DNA of 32,000 nt, from positions 1,315,161-1,347,160 of the forward strand of contig NZ_LR590477.1 in the NCBI RefSeq assembly GCF_901482445.1. The letters run 5' to 3'. The stretch is from Neisseria lactamica. Lineage in GTDB: Bacteria > Pseudomonadota > Gammaproteobacteria > Burkholderiales > Neisseriaceae. Under the pieces are notes generated by a model. That model was given only the letters and a program-made list of their open reading frames with translations. It ran no database searches and had not been told where the DNA came from. Numbering within the stretch: the first letter of the stretch is position 1; the number at the start of each line of letters is the position of its first letter. Position numbers and translations under genes: made by a program. This document shows positions 15,234 through 24,533 of this stretch, piece by piece.

Positions 15234-16652
15234 TTACAGGCTGTAATACATTTCAAATTCCAGCGGATGCGGCGCCATACGGATGCGGCGGACATCTTCC
15301 TCTTTAAAGGCGATGTAGCTGTCGATCCAGTCTTTGCTGAACACGCCGCCGCGCAGCAGGAATTCGTGGTCGGCTTTGAGGGCGGCGAGTGCTTCTTCCA
15401 AAGAAGCGCAAACGGTCGGCACCAATGCATCTTCTTCCGGCGGCAGGTCGTACAGGTTTTTATCGGCAGGGTCGCCCGGATGGATTTTGTTTTGAATACC
15501 GTCCAAACCGGCCATCAGCAGGGCGGCAAATGCCAAATACGGGTTGGCGGTCGGATCGGGGAAACGCGCTTCGATGCGGCGCGCCTTGCTGCTGTTCACA
15601 GACGGAATGCGGATGGAAGCGGAACGGTTTTTGGCGGAATAAGCCAGTTTGGTCGGCGCTTCAAAGTGCGGCACAAGGCGTTTGTAGGAGTTGGTGGACG
15701 GATTGGTAATCGCGTTCAGGGCTTTGGCGTGTTTGATGATGCCGCCGATGTAGTAGAGCGCGGTGTCGCTCAGACCGGCATAGCCGTCGCCTGCAAACAG
15801 GTTTTGACCGTCTTTCCAGATGGATTGGTGGACGTGCATACCGCTGCCGTTGTCGCCCATAATCGGTTTGGGCATAAAGGTGGCGGTTTTGCCGAAGTTG
15901 TGGGCAACGTTTTGGATGACGTATTTCATATCTTGGGTTTGGTCGGCGCGTTTGACCAAAGTAGCAAAGCGCGTGCCGATTTCCATTTGGCTGCCGGTGC
16001 CGACTTCGCTGTGGTGCACTTCCACTTCAATACCGAGTTCTTCCAAAATGTTCACCATCGCCGAACGCAAATCCTGACCGCAGTCAATCGGCGCAACAGG
16101 CGCGTAACCGCCTTTGACGGCGGGGCGGTGGCCGGTATTTTGACCGTCCATATGCAGACCGCTTGCCCACGCGCCGCTTTCGGACGTGATTTCATAACGG
16201 GTTTTGTGCATATCGGTTTCAAATTCTACGCCGTCAAAAACGAAGAATTCAGGCTCGGGGCCGAAGTATGCCGTGTCGCCGATACCGGAAGATTTCAAAT
16301 AGGCTTCGGCTCGGCGGGCGATGGAGCGCGGGTCGCGGTCGTAACCCTGACCGTCGGCGGGATCGATAACGTCGCAGGTAATGACGACGGTAACATCATC
16401 ATAAAAAGGATCGACAAACGCCGTGGCGGGATCGGGGCGAAGCTGCATATCGGAAGCCTGAATGCCTTTCCAGCCGCCGATGGACGAACCGTCAAACGCC
16501 TGTCCGTTTTCGAACCACTCTTCGGGGTCTTCCAACACGATGCGCGCAGGCACGGTAAAGTGGTGCTGCTTGCCTTTGGTATCGGTAAAGCGCAAATCGA
16601 CAAAGCGGGCTTCGCTTTCTTCAATCAGTTTTACAGCGTCTTTGATGGACAT
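15234..16652 (-). CDS. glnA: Glutamine synthetase type I
   Basis: 472 aa from [32 protein letters not shown] (ATG 16652, AGGAG upstream). Canonical GlnA sequence, including the adenylylation-region motif NLYDLPPEE. Confidence 0.95.
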   Translation of the reverse strand: MSIKDAVKLIEESEARFVDLRFTDTKGKQHHFTVPARIVLEDPEEWFENGQAFDGSSIGGWKGIQASDMQLRPDPATAFVDPFYDDVTVVITCDVIDPADGQGYDRDPRSIARRAEAYLKSSGIGDTAYFGPEPEFFVFDGVEFETDMHKTRYEITSESGAWASGLHMDGQNTGHRPAVKGGYAPVAPIDCGQDLRSAMVNILEELGIEVEVHHSEVGTGSQMEIGTRFATLVKRADQTQDMKYVIQNVAHNFGKTATFMPKPIMGDNGSGMHVHQSIWKDGQNLFAGDGYAGLSDTALYYIGGIIKHAKALNAITNPSTNSYKRLVPHFEAPTKLAYSAKNRSASIRIPSVNSSKARRIEARFPDPTANPYLAFAALLMAGLDGIQNKIHPGDPADKNLYDLPPEEDALVPTVCASLEEALAALKADHEFLLRGGVFSKDWIDSYIAFKEEDVRRIRMAPHPLEFEMYYSL

Positions 16653-16862
16653 CTTCAGCTCCTGAAAAAGGGAAATGGCAAAATATGCGGAACGCGGCGG
16701 CTTGACGCAAAGTCGGCACGATTTTACCACGCCGATGCCGTCTGAAACCGGTTTTGCGTCAAATTTCAAGCCGGAAAATATAGTTTCAGACGGCAAGATT
16801 GTCAACAATGCGGACAAGCCGGCGCACCGCATCCGGATTTTTCCCGACCGATACAGGGAACG

Positions 16863-16892
16863 ATGCCGTCTGAAGGCGGTTTCAGACGGCAT
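16863..16892. repeat. DUS inverted-repeat hairpin in the glnA/aroE divergent intergenic region (a second, looser DUS pair lies at 16735..16794)
   Basis: Arms at 16863..16874 and 16881..16892. In addition, ATGCCGTCTGAA at 16735..16746 faces TTCAGACGGC at 16785..16794. Confidence 0.6.
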
Positions 16893-16950
16893 CGTTTCCA
16901 TCTGTACGCCGCCGTTATAAAATAGCCTCCTCGTCTTTTGGAACACGACC

Positions 16951-17760
16951 ATGACCGCCCTCCCCCGCTACGCCGTTTTCGGCAACCCCGTCGCCCACAG
17001 CAAATCGCCGCAAATCCATCGGCAGTTTGCCCTTCAGGAAGGCGTTGAAATCGAATACGGACGCATTTGCGCCGACATCGGCAGTTTTGCACAGGCGGTT
17101 TCGACATTTTTTGGAACAGGCGGTTGCGGGGCAAACGTTACCGTACCGTTCAAGCAGGAAGCGTTTGACTTGGCGGACGAACATTCCGAACGCGCATCGG
17201 CGGCAGGCGCGGTCAATACGCTGATTTTGCTGGAGAACGGAAAACTGCGCGGCGACAATACCGACGGTTTGGGCTTGGTCGGCGATATAGTGAAGGTGCA
17301 AAACACAGAAGTTGAAGGCAAAAATATCCTATTGCTCGGCGCGGGCGGCGCGGTGCGCGGCGTGATTCCCGTATTGCTGGCGCAAAATCCCGCCCGCATC
17401 GTCATCGCCAACCGGACGCGTGCCAAAGCGGAAGAAGTTGCAGCGCGTTTCGGCATCGAAGCCGTCCCGATGGCGGATTTGAACGGCGGTTTCGACATCA
17501 TCATCAACGGCACGTCCGGCGGTCTGAACGGTCAGATTCCCGATATTCCACCCGATATTTTTCAAAACTGCGCGCTTGCCTACGATATGGTGTACGGCGA
17601 AGCGGCAAAACCGTTTTTGGATTTTGCCCGGCAATCGGGCGCGAAACAAACCGCCGACGGACTGGGTATGCTGGTCGGTCAGGCGGCGGCTTCCTATGCC
17701 CTCTGGCGCGGTTTCAAACCGGACATCCGCCCCGTCATCGAATATATGAAAGCCCTGTAA
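16951..17760 (+). CDS. aroE: Shikimate 5-dehydrogenase
   Basis: 269 aa. The AroE N-terminus [17 protein letters not shown], the NVTVPFK motif and the GAGGA Rossmann motif are present. Confidence 0.95.
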   Translation: MTALPRYAVFGNPVAHSKSPQIHRQFALQEGVEIEYGRICADIGSFAQAVSTFFGTGGCGANVTVPFKQEAFDLADEHSERASAAGAVNTLILLENGKLRGDNTDGLGLVGDIVKVQNTEVEGKNILLLGAGGAVRGVIPVLLAQNPARIVIANRTRAKAEEVAARFGIEAVPMADLNGGFDIIINGTSGGLNGQIPDIPPDIFQNCALAYDMVYGEAAKPFLDFARQSGAKQTADGLGMLVGQAAASYALWRGFKPDIRPVIEYMKAL

Positions 17761-17761
17761 T

Positions 17762-18463
17762 ATGTTCCGCATCGTCAAATGGCTGATTGCCCTGCCTGTC
17801 GGCATCTTTATCTTTTTCAATGCCTATGTGTACGGCAACATCATCACCTACCGCGCTGTCGCGCCGCATCGGACTGCCTTTATGTCGATGCGGATGAAGC
17901 AGTTTGAACAAGAAGGGCGCGATGTTCCTCTGGATTACCGCTGGGTGCCCTACAACCGCATTTCAGTCAACCTGAAAAAAGCCCTGATTGCTTCCGAAGA
18001 TGCCCGTTTCGCCGGACACGGCGGCTTCGATTGGGGCGGCATTCAAAACGCCATCAGGCGCAACCGGAACAGCGGCAAAGTGAAGGCGGGCGGCTCGACC
18101 ATCAGCCAGCAGCTTGCCAAAAACCTGTTTTTGAACGAAAGCCGCAGCTATATCCGCAAAGGCGAAGAAGCCGCGATTACCGCGATGATGGAAGCCGTTA
18201 CCGACAAAGACAGGATTTTTGAATTGTATTTAAATTCAATCGAATGGCACTACGGCGTGTTTGGTGCGGAAGCCGCGTCCCGGTATTTTTATCAAATACC
18301 CGCCGCCAAGCTGAACAAACAGCAGGCGGCGAAACTGACCGCCCGCGTCCCCGCCCCGCTCTACTACGCCGATCATCCGAAAAGCAAACGGCTGCGCAAC
18401 AAAACCAATATCGTACTCAAACGCATGGGTTCGGCAGAATTGCCTGAAGACGACACGGACTGA
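17762..18463 (+). CDS. mtgA: Monofunctional biosynthetic peptidoglycan transglycosylase
   Basis: 233 aa with an N-terminal TM helix and GT51 motifs (ASEDARFAGHGGFDW, GGSTISQQLAKN). It starts 1 nt after the aroE stop. Confidence 0.95.
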   Translation: MFRIVKWLIALPVGIFIFFNAYVYGNIITYRAVAPHRTAFMSMRMKQFEQEGRDVPLDYRWVPYNRISVNLKKALIASEDARFAGHGGFDWGGIQNAIRRNRNSGKVKAGGSTISQQLAKNLFLNESRSYIRKGEEAAITAMMEAVTDKDRIFELYLNSIEWHYGVFGAEAASRYFYQIPAAKLNKQQAAKLTARVPAPLYYADHPKSKRLRNKTNIVLKRMGSAELPEDDTD

Positions 18464-18662
18464 GTGCCGCCGCGATAAGCGATGCCGTCTGAAGCATCGT
18501 TCGGACGGCACTGCCTCCCGCCCTGCCCCGCTTCCCAAAACGCAACGGGGCAGACGATTGCCGCTTCCACCCCTTTACATAAGGTTCGGACACAAAACAT
18601 TCCCGACACGGACAATACGGACAGCTTTCCAAAAACCGGGCAACTTTCCAAAAACGGCAGGC

Positions 18663-18691
18663 AAAAAAATAACCGCTTCAAAGCGGTTTTT
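18663..18691. terminator. Bidirectional rho-independent terminator between mtgA and tRNA-Phe
   Basis: AACCGC (18671..18676) pairs with GCGGTT (18683..18688). An A7 run lies on one side and a T-run on the other. Confidence 0.5.
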
Positions 18692-18767
18692 TGGTGGCCA
18701 GAGGCGGAATCGAACCGCCGACACACGGATTTTCAATCCGTTGCTCTACCAACTGAGCTATCTGGCC
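18692..18767 (-). tRNA. tRNA-Phe (anticodon GAA)
   Basis: The reverse complement reads GGCCAGATAGCTCAGTTGGTAGAGCAACGGATTGAAAATCCGTGTGTCGGCGGTTCGATTCCGCCTCTGGCCACCA. This is a 76-nt cloverleaf with anticodon loop TTGAAAA, a GGTTCGATTCC T-arm and an encoded CCA. Confidence 0.95.
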
Positions 18768-19070
18768 TGTGTCTGTCTCGTTAAGAGATGCGTATTAAAC
18801 CAAATTACGGGACCGTATGCAAGCATATCCGGCAATATTCTTTGAAAACCGGTTTAAGTCAATGTTTTAAATTTGAATTAATTTTCACCGCGCCGGCAAT
18901 ATCGGGAAATGGCGGCACAGACGCACAATTCGCGCGGACGGTTCGCCATTCTGCCTGACGAATCCCGACGAATCCCGATGAGTCCCGCCCGCCGCAAAAT
19001 CCGCCGCCCTGCCCGCATATGCCGGACATCCGCCCGGACATCTTTGGCGATAATGCGGCGGCGCAATGTT

Positions 19071-19805
19071 TCAATATTTGAAATTCTCGCCCAAATAGAC
19101 GGCGCGGACTTTTTCGTTGCCGACCAAGTCGTCCGGCCTGCCGGATGCCAGCACCGCCCCGTCCGAAATAATGTAGGCGCGGTCGCAGATGCTGAGGGTT
19201 TCGCGCACGTTGTGGTCGGTAATCAGTACGCCGATGCCGCGCGATTTGAGGAATCCGATGATTTTCTGGATGTCGATGACGGCGATGGGATCGACGCCGG
19301 CAAAAGGTTCGTCCAACAAAATAAAACGCGGCTTCACCGCCAATACGCGGGCAATTTCGACGCGGCGGCGTTCGCCCCCGGACAATGCCGGCGCGGGGCT
19401 GCGGCGCAGGTGTCCGATATTGAGGTCGGCAAGCAGTTTTTCGACTTCGCCGTCGATTTGTTTTTTGTCTCTGATGCGGATTTCGAGAATGGCGCGGATG
19501 TTTTGTTCGACCGTCATTTTCCGGAAAATCGAGTTTTCCTGCGGCAGGTAGCCGATGCCCAGCCGGGCGCGTTCGTGTATGGGCAGGCGGCGCAATTCCC
19601 GCCCGTCCAGCATCACGCTGCCCGCGTCGGCGGCGATAAGCCCGACTATCATATAAAAGCCGGTGGTTTTGCCCGCGCCGTTGGGACCGAGCAGCCCGAC
19701 GACTTCGCCGCTTTCGATTTCAAGGGAAAAGTTTTTGACGACTTGGCGTTTTTTGAAACTTTTTTGCAGGTTTTGAACAACGAGGCGGCTGGTATTTTCG
19801 CTCAT
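19071..19805 (-). CDS. lptB: LPS export ABC transporter ATP-binding protein
   Basis: 244 aa with Walker [10 protein letters not shown], signature LSGGERRR and Walker B ILLDEP. Synteny with lptA/lptC/kdsC/kdsD supports the call. Confidence 0.95.
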   Translation of the reverse strand: MSENTSRLVVQNLQKSFKKRQVVKNFSLEIESGEVVGLLGPNGAGKTTGFYMIVGLIAADAGSVMLDGRELRRLPIHERARLGIGYLPQENSIFRKMTVEQNIRAILEIRIRDKKQIDGEVEKLLADLNIGHLRRSPAPALSGGERRRVEIARVLAVKPRFILLDEPFAGVDPIAVIDIQKIIGFLKSRGIGVLITDHNVRETLSICDRAYIISDGAVLASGRPDDLVGNEKVRAVYLGENFKY

Positions 19806-19834
19806 AAATCCCCCTTTGGTGTTTCGGCCGGCAA

Positions 19835-19870
19835 ATGCCGTCTGAAGCGTGCTGCCGTTTCAGACGGCAT
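19835..19870. repeat. Perfect DUS inverted-repeat hairpin in the lptA-lptB intercistronic gap
   Basis: Arms at 19835..19846 and 19859..19870 with a 12-nt loop. No U-tract on either strand. Confidence 0.7.
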
Positions 19871-19877
19871 CGGCCGG

Positions 19878-20393
19878 TTATTCGGACTGCGCGCCGGCCG
19901 GCCGGATGACGACGCTGACCCTGCCGGATTTGGCGGCGGATTTCGCGCCGCCGCTGACGGTATAGACTTCGGTTTGCGTGTTGTAGGTAATGACTGCGCC
20001 TTCGACGACATCGCCGCCGCGCTGCACTTTGGCATTGCCGGTCAGAACGACGGTGCTGCCGGCGGAGGAATAGGCGATATTGTTTGCCTGTCCGCGCACC
20101 GTGCCTTTGCCGCCGTCCAAGGTCTGGCTGAAGCGGACGGGCGAACCTTCCGCCCGCACGGATTCGCCGCCTTTGCCGCCGCGTGTGACGTTGACGCGCG
20201 AGGCGGAAATGTTGAGCGTACCCTGCCGGATGACGACGTTGCCGCTGAACGTGGTGCTTTGTTTGGTTTGATCGAGCGAGCCCCGGTCGGCTTCGATTTG
20301 GATGGGCTGCCTGCTGTCGCTTTGCAGGGCGAAGGCGGGGGAGGCTGCGGATAATGCGGTTAAAACAAACGCCTTACCTATTTTTTGTATCAT
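19878..20393 (-). CDS. lptA: LPS transport periplasmic protein LptA (OstA-like)
   Basis: 171 aa with signal peptide ...SPAFA|LQSD. An OstA-like beta-jellyroll pattern (IEADRGSLDQ..., GNVVIRQGTL) and synteny support the call. Confidence 0.85.
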   Translation of the reverse strand: MIQKIGKAFVLTALSAASPAFALQSDSRQPIQIEADRGSLDQTKQSTTFSGNVVIRQGTLNISASRVNVTRGGKGGESVRAEGSPVRFSQTLDGGKGTVRGQANNIAYSSAGSTVVLTGNAKVQRGGDVVEGAVITYNTQTEVYTVSGGAKSAAKSGRVSVVIRPAGAQSE

Positions 20394-20955
20394 AAATCGT
20401 GGCTTTCACTTTGGATGGGAAGTTCAACAAACCGGTCCGGCGGTCGTATTCCATACCGTCCGCCCGTCCGTATGACGCGCCGTACCTGAAGCGGACGGGC
20501 GCGTCGGTCCTGGCGTATTGCGATTCGGTATCGACGTGCAACTCGTCGGTTTCGACCGTGCCCGGCTGCCTGCCGCCTTCGGGCGTTTGGGCCAATACGA
20601 CGTTTTTTTGAAACGAAACCTGTTTGTTTCCGGTATGGTAAACCGCCCCGCCGCTGCCGACTTCGTACAGCAGCGCGCCGTTCCGGTAAAATTTCAGGCG
20701 GGGGGAGTCAAAATATATGTCGCTGCTTTCGGGATACTGTTTCGCGCCTTTCGCGCCCAAATGTTCTTTCAAATAGCCCTGCGTGTCGAAAGTCCGCCCG
20801 TCTATGCCGTCCATCGTGTATTGCGGTTCGTCGGGATTGAGCCTGACTTCCTCGATTTCGACTTCGCTGATGCGCCCCAGCCAGGCCGACAGGCTGCCCA
20901 AGGCAACCGCCAATATCAATGGGAACGCGATTCCGTAGCGCCATCTGATTTTCAT
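20374..20955 (-). CDS. lptC: LPS export system protein LptC
   Basis: 193 aa from MKIRWRYGIAFPLILAVALGSL (single N-terminal TM). Its ATG at 20955 overlaps the kdsC stop (ATGA), and its 3' end overlaps the lptA start by 20 nt. Confidence 0.75.
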   Translation of the reverse strand: MKIRWRYGIAFPLILAVALGSLSAWLGRISEVEIEEVRLNPDEPQYTMDGIDGRTFDTQGYLKEHLGAKGAKQYPESSDIYFDSPRLKFYRNGALLYEVGSGGAVYHTGNKQVSFQKNVVLAQTPEGGRQPGTVETDELHVDTESQYARTDAPVRFRYGASYGRADGMEYDRRTGLLNFPSKVKATIYDTKNR

Positions 20956-21488
20956 TTGATGTACCCGTTCAAAGCCGCGCCCAAAGTCCCTTGCGCCTGC
21001 ATAATCAGGTCGCACACTTCGCGCACCGCGCCTGCGCCGCCCGCGTGTTCCGTGATATAGGCGGCGTGTTGCCGCGTAAACCAATGCGCGCCGGGGACGG
21101 CAACCGGCAATCCGCAGCGCACCATTACCGGCAAATCGACCACGTCGTCGCCGACAAAGGCGTACTCGGCTTCTTCCACGCCCGCCTGCGCGCGCAATTC
21201 TTCATAGGCGGCACGTTTGTCGCTGATACCTTTGAAATAGTAATTTATGCCCAACTGTTTGACGCGGATGCCGACGGAGGGCGCGTCCCGGCCCGTGATA
21301 ATCGCAGTCTGCACGCCGCTCTCCTGAAGCATTTTCAGACCGTGTCCGTCCAGTGTGTGAAACGATTTGATTTCTTCGCCGTTATCGCGGATAAAGATGC
21401 GCCCGTCGGTCAAAACGCCGTCCACATCCAGAATCAGCAGCTTGATTTTGGCGGCGCGCGCCTGTAATTCGGGAGAAATTGCCTGCAT
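20952..21488 (-). CDS. kdsC: 3-deoxy-D-manno-octulosonate 8-phosphate phosphatase
   Basis: 178 aa. HAD motif LLILDVDGVLTDG and KdsC-like sequence throughout. Confidence 0.9.
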   Translation of the reverse strand: MQAISPELQARAAKIKLLILDVDGVLTDGRIFIRDNGEEIKSFHTLDGHGLKMLQESGVQTAIITGRDAPSVGIRVKQLGINYYFKGISDKRAAYEELRAQAGVEEAEYAFVGDDVVDLPVMVRCGLPVAVPGAHWFTRQHAAYITEHAGGAGAVREVCDLIMQAQGTLGAALNGYIK

Positions 21489-21555
21489 GGGATTTCCTTG
21501 TTTTCAGGCGGCACATTTTAGCACAAATGCCGTCTGAAACGGCTGCGCCGCCTTA

Positions 21556-21710
21556 TATAGTGGATTAACAAAAATCAGGACAAGGCGACGAAGCCGCAGA
21601 CAGTACAAATAGTACGGAACCGATTCACTTGGTGCTTCAGCACCTTAGAGAATCGTTCTCTTTGAGCTAAGGCGAGGCAACGCCGTACTGGTTTTTGTTA
21701 ATCCACTATA
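21556..21710. mobile_element. Correia repeat-enclosed element (155 bp)
   Basis: Terminal inverted repeats TATAGTGGATTAACAAAAATCAGGAC ... GTACTGGTTTTTGTTAATCCACTATA, with the typical internal core (CAGACAGTACAAATAGTACGG...). Confidence 0.9.
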
Positions 21711-22680
21711 CAATCCGCGCCGCCAAAAGGTCGTGCATATTCAACGCACCGATCAGCACGCCGTCGGCATCGGTTACCAAAAGACCGTTGATGTGGTTTG
21801 CCTGCATCACTTTCAACGCTTCGGCGGCGAGGCGTTCGGCGGAGATGGTTTTGGGCTGCGTATGCATCATTTCCTCCACTTGAAGGCCGGCAAGGCTGTC
21901 GCGCCGTTGGAACAGGCGGCGCAAATCGCCGTCGGTGAACACGCCTTTCAGACGGCCTTGTGCGTCCGTTACCGCCAGCATCCCCAGTCCTTTCTCGCTC
22001 ATACTGACGATGGCTTCTTTTAAAGGTGTGCCGAGCCGGACGGCAGGCAGGCCGCCGCCTTTGTGCATAATGTCGGCAACGCGCAAAAGCAGGCGTTTGC
22101 CGAGGCTGCCGGCAGGATGGCTCAAGGCGAAATCGTCGGGTGTGAACGCGCGTGCGCGCAGCAGGACGACCGCCAACGCATCGCCCAAAGCCATGACGGC
22201 GGTGGTGCTGCTGGTCGGGGCAAGCCCCAGCGGGCAGGCTTCTTTGGAAACCGATGCGGTGATGTGGATGTCGGCATAACGCGCCATCGTCGAACCGGGG
22301 CGGGCGGTGATGCAGACAAGCGTGATGTTTTTGCGTTTGAGCGCGGGAATGATGGCGGCGATTTCGTCGCTTTCGCCGGAATTGGAAATGGCGACGACGA
22401 CATCGTTATCCACAATCATCCCCAAATCGCCGTGTGCCGCTTCCGCAGGATGGACGAAAAACGCAGGCGTGCCGGTCGAGGCCATCGTTGCCGCGATTTT
22501 GCGCCCGACGTGTCCCGACTTGCCCATCCCCGTGATGACGACCCTGCCCGTGCAGCGCAACAGCGCGTCTGCCGCGCGGGCGAAGTTTTCGTCCAAATCC
22601 GCCGCAATTTCGCGCAAGCCTTCCGCTTCGGTGTGCAACACTTCGCGCGCCCAGTCGAGATATTTTCCGTTTCCTACCAT
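21706..22680 (-). CDS. kdsD: Arabinose-5-phosphate isomerase (SIS + tandem CBS domains)
   Basis: 324 aa from MVGNGKYLDWAREVLHTEAEGL (ATG 22680). SIS motif GMGKSGHVGRKIAATMASTG and a C-terminal CBS pair are present. The stop codon TAG lies inside the Correia terminal repeat. Confidence 0.9.
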   Translation of the reverse strand: MVGNGKYLDWAREVLHTEAEGLREIAADLDENFARAADALLRCTGRVVITGMGKSGHVGRKIAATMASTGTPAFFVHPAEAAHGDLGMIVDNDVVVAISNSGESDEIAAIIPALKRKNITLVCITARPGSTMARYADIHITASVSKEACPLGLAPTSSTTAVMALGDALAVVLLRARAFTPDDFALSHPAGSLGKRLLLRVADIMHKGGGLPAVRLGTPLKEAIVSMSEKGLGMLAVTDAQGRLKGVFTDGDLRRLFQRRDSLAGLQVEEMMHTQPKTISAERLAAEALKVMQANHINGLLVTDADGVLIGALNMHDLLAARIV

Positions 22681-22776
22681 CGCAATCCGCCTTTGCTGTA
22701 ATAAAACTACCCAAAATTTCCGAATCGGGGTAGCATAAGCCCTCAAACCCCGCCTATCCATCCAAAGGAATCAGAG

Positions 22777-23832
22777 ATGACCATTTTATCGGACGTTAAA
22801 GCATTAGGACAACAAATCTGGCTGGACAACCTTTCCCGCTCGCTCGTGCAAAGCGGCGAATTGGCGCAAATGTTGAAACAAGGCGTGTGCGGCGTAACTT
22901 CCAATCCCGCCATCTTCCAAAAAGCCTTCGCCGGCGACGCGCTTTACGCCGACGAGGTCGCCGCCCTCAAGCAGCAAGACCTGACCCCGAAACAACGCTA
23001 CGAAACAATGGCGGTTGCCGATGTGCGTGCCGCCTGCGGCGTTTGCCTTGCCGAACACGAATCCACCGGCGGCAAAACTGGCTTCGTCAGCCTCGAAGTT
23101 TCGCCCGAGCTTGCCAAAGACGCGCAAGGCACGGTTGAAGAAGCGCGCCGCCTCTACGCCGCCATCGGGTGCAAAAACGCGATGATTAAAGTGCCGGCTA
23201 CCGACGCAGGCATCGATGCGCTCGAAACCCTCGTTTCAGACGGCATCAGCGTGAACCTCACGCTGCTGTTCTCACGCGCCCAAACCCTCAAAGCCTACGC
23301 CGCCTACGCGCGCGGCATCGCCAAACGTTTGGCGGCCGGACAAAGCGTTGCCCATGTCCACGTCGTCGCCAGCTTCTTCATCTCCCGCGTGGACGGCGCG
23401 CTGGACGCAACACTGCCCGACCGGCTCAAAGGCAAAATCGCCATCGCCCTTGCCAAAGCCGCCTACCAAGACTGGGCGCAATACTTCGGCAGCCCGGAAT
23501 TTGCCGCGCTGGAAGCCCAAGGCGCAAACCGCGTGCAGCTTTTATGGGCATCCACCGGCGTGAAAAACCCGGCCTATCCCGACACGCTCTACGTTGACAG
23601 CCTAATCGGCGCGCACACCGTCAACACCGTTCCCGATGCCACGCTCAAAGCCTTTATCGACCACGGCACAGCCAAAGCCACGCTGACCGAAGGCGCGGAA
23701 GAAGCACAAGCGCAGCTTGCCGAAACCGCCGCGCTCGGCATAGATGTCGAAACCTTGGCGGCGCGTTTGCAGGAAGACGGTTTGAAACAATTTGAAGAAG
23801 CGTTTGAAAAACTGCTCGCACCGTTGGTTTAA
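22777..23832 (+). CDS. tal: Transaldolase
   Basis: 351 aa. Transaldolase motifs include GVTSNPAIF and the active-site region NAMIKVPAT. Confidence 0.95.
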   Translation: MTILSDVKALGQQIWLDNLSRSLVQSGELAQMLKQGVCGVTSNPAIFQKAFAGDALYADEVAALKQQDLTPKQRYETMAVADVRAACGVCLAEHESTGGKTGFVSLEVSPELAKDAQGTVEEARRLYAAIGCKNAMIKVPATDAGIDALETLVSDGISVNLTLLFSRAQTLKAYAAYARGIAKRLAAGQSVAHVHVVASFFISRVDGALDATLPDRLKGKIAIALAKAAYQDWAQYFGSPEFAALEAQGANRVQLLWASTGVKNPAYPDTLYVDSLIGAHTVNTVPDATLKAFIDHGTAKATLTEGAEEAQAQLAETAALGIDVETLAARLQEDGLKQFEEAFEKLLAPLV

Positions 23833-23846
23833 ACTTTTCATCCCCG

Positions 23847-23875
23847 ATGCCGTCTGAAAGGCTTTCAGACGGCAT
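23847..23875. terminator. DUS inverted-repeat hairpin downstream of tal
   Basis: Arms at 23847..23858 and 23864..23875. Confidence 0.55.
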
Positions 23876-23902
23876 CGCCCGTTTGACCGGACACAGTGCG
23901 GC

Positions 23903-23989
23903 ATATCAAGGATTCGCCCTAAAAATATTAATCAACAAGAAGTTAATGCACGACATTACCCACCAACACAAAAGGGAATAGAATCATGG
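23903..23989 (+). pseudogene. 3' remnant of a toxin gene related to the tail of orphan mafB cassette 1
   Basis: This frame reads ISRIRPKNINQQEVNARHYPPTQKGIESW. The cassette-1 tail reads MVHPKSINGQSVTSQHYPPTKQELDSW (9252..9330). By hand count, 30 of the last 36 nt are identical. In both loci the downstream gene's ATG sits in the same tcATGg context. Confidence 0.55.
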
Positions 23990-24438
23990 CAAAAGCACTC
24001 GAAATCATTTCACCCGATGAAATTTATTCAGATCTGATTTTTAAGGATCCGGTATCTCCCCATACTATTGAATATAAAATGATTAACCTAGAATTGAAAG
24101 CCATCAATCTTTACGATTGTGCCTTTGAAGATTTCGTTCCCGAAATCAAAGACAATTTTTGTGTGGGAATTGATTTAGACATAGGAACTGATGATAGTGA
24201 TGCTGCAGATATATTTTCTGTTCGCATATGCTCTCCTAAATGGATTTTGCATAATTGTTTCCAAAATCAAAGAGTTAAATGGGGAGCGGGTATGATGATT
24301 ATGAATGAATTTAATCATTCTGTTATTAAATCGGAAATTGAGAAAATTCTTAAAGAATGTTCAAAAGAAACTTGGGAAAAGTCATTGACTTATTTACTTC
24401 GTTTTTTTTCGTGGGAATTTGAAGATTATCAGTGCTAA
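23986..24438 (+). CDS. AT-rich immunity-like hypothetical protein (150 aa)
   Basis: Clean ORF whose ATG overlaps the toxin-remnant frame. Acidic, no signal peptide, ends in ...FFSWEFEDYQC, and is followed by a strong hairpin terminator. Confidence 0.5.
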   Translation: MAKALEIISPDEIYSDLIFKDPVSPHTIEYKMINLELKAINLYDCAFEDFVPEIKDNFCVGIDLDIGTDDSDAADIFSVRICSPKWILHNCFQNQRVKWGAGMMIMNEFNHSVIKSEIEKILKECSKETWEKSLTYLLRFFSWEFEDYQC

Positions 24439-24448
24439 TTAAATCAAA

Positions 24449-24485
24449 AACAGCGAAACCAAAACTTTTTCGCTGTTTTATTTTT
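24449..24485 (+). terminator. Rho-independent terminator
   Basis: A 10-bp stem (AACAGCGAAA at 24449..24458 pairs with TTTCGCTGTT at 24468..24477), followed by TTATTTTT. Confidence 0.6.
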
Positions 24486-24533
24486 CCATAAACTTTTCAA
24501 AATATACAGAATTGACGAAACTGGTTAGTAGAA

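Noticed and set aside
15162-16745. 527-aa plus-strand ORF
   Set aside because: It is antisense to glnA and starts inside a DUS (MPFQCKMPSE...). This is a shadow ORF.
18625-18655. 12-nt direct repeat CTTTCCAAAAAC x2 between mtgA and tRNA-Phe, and a nearby 8-bp hairpin (18522..18552)
   Set aside because: It is short and isolated, with no accompanying promoter or terminator context. It could be chance in an intergenic region.
18768-19070. Possible rpoN or rpoN remnant downstream of lptB (as in enteric lptB-rpoN synteny), plus the short direct repeat gacgaatcccgacgaatcccga (about 18958..18981)
   Set aside because: Translations of this ~300-bp gap on the lptB strand show nothing resembling the sigma-54 N-terminus. 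The gap is too short for the gene, and the repeat is too short to classify. I cannot support any call here.
18909-20354. 481-aa plus-strand ORF
   Set aside because: It is antisense to lptB and lptA. This is a shadow ORF with Ala/Gly/Asp/Phe-rich composition.
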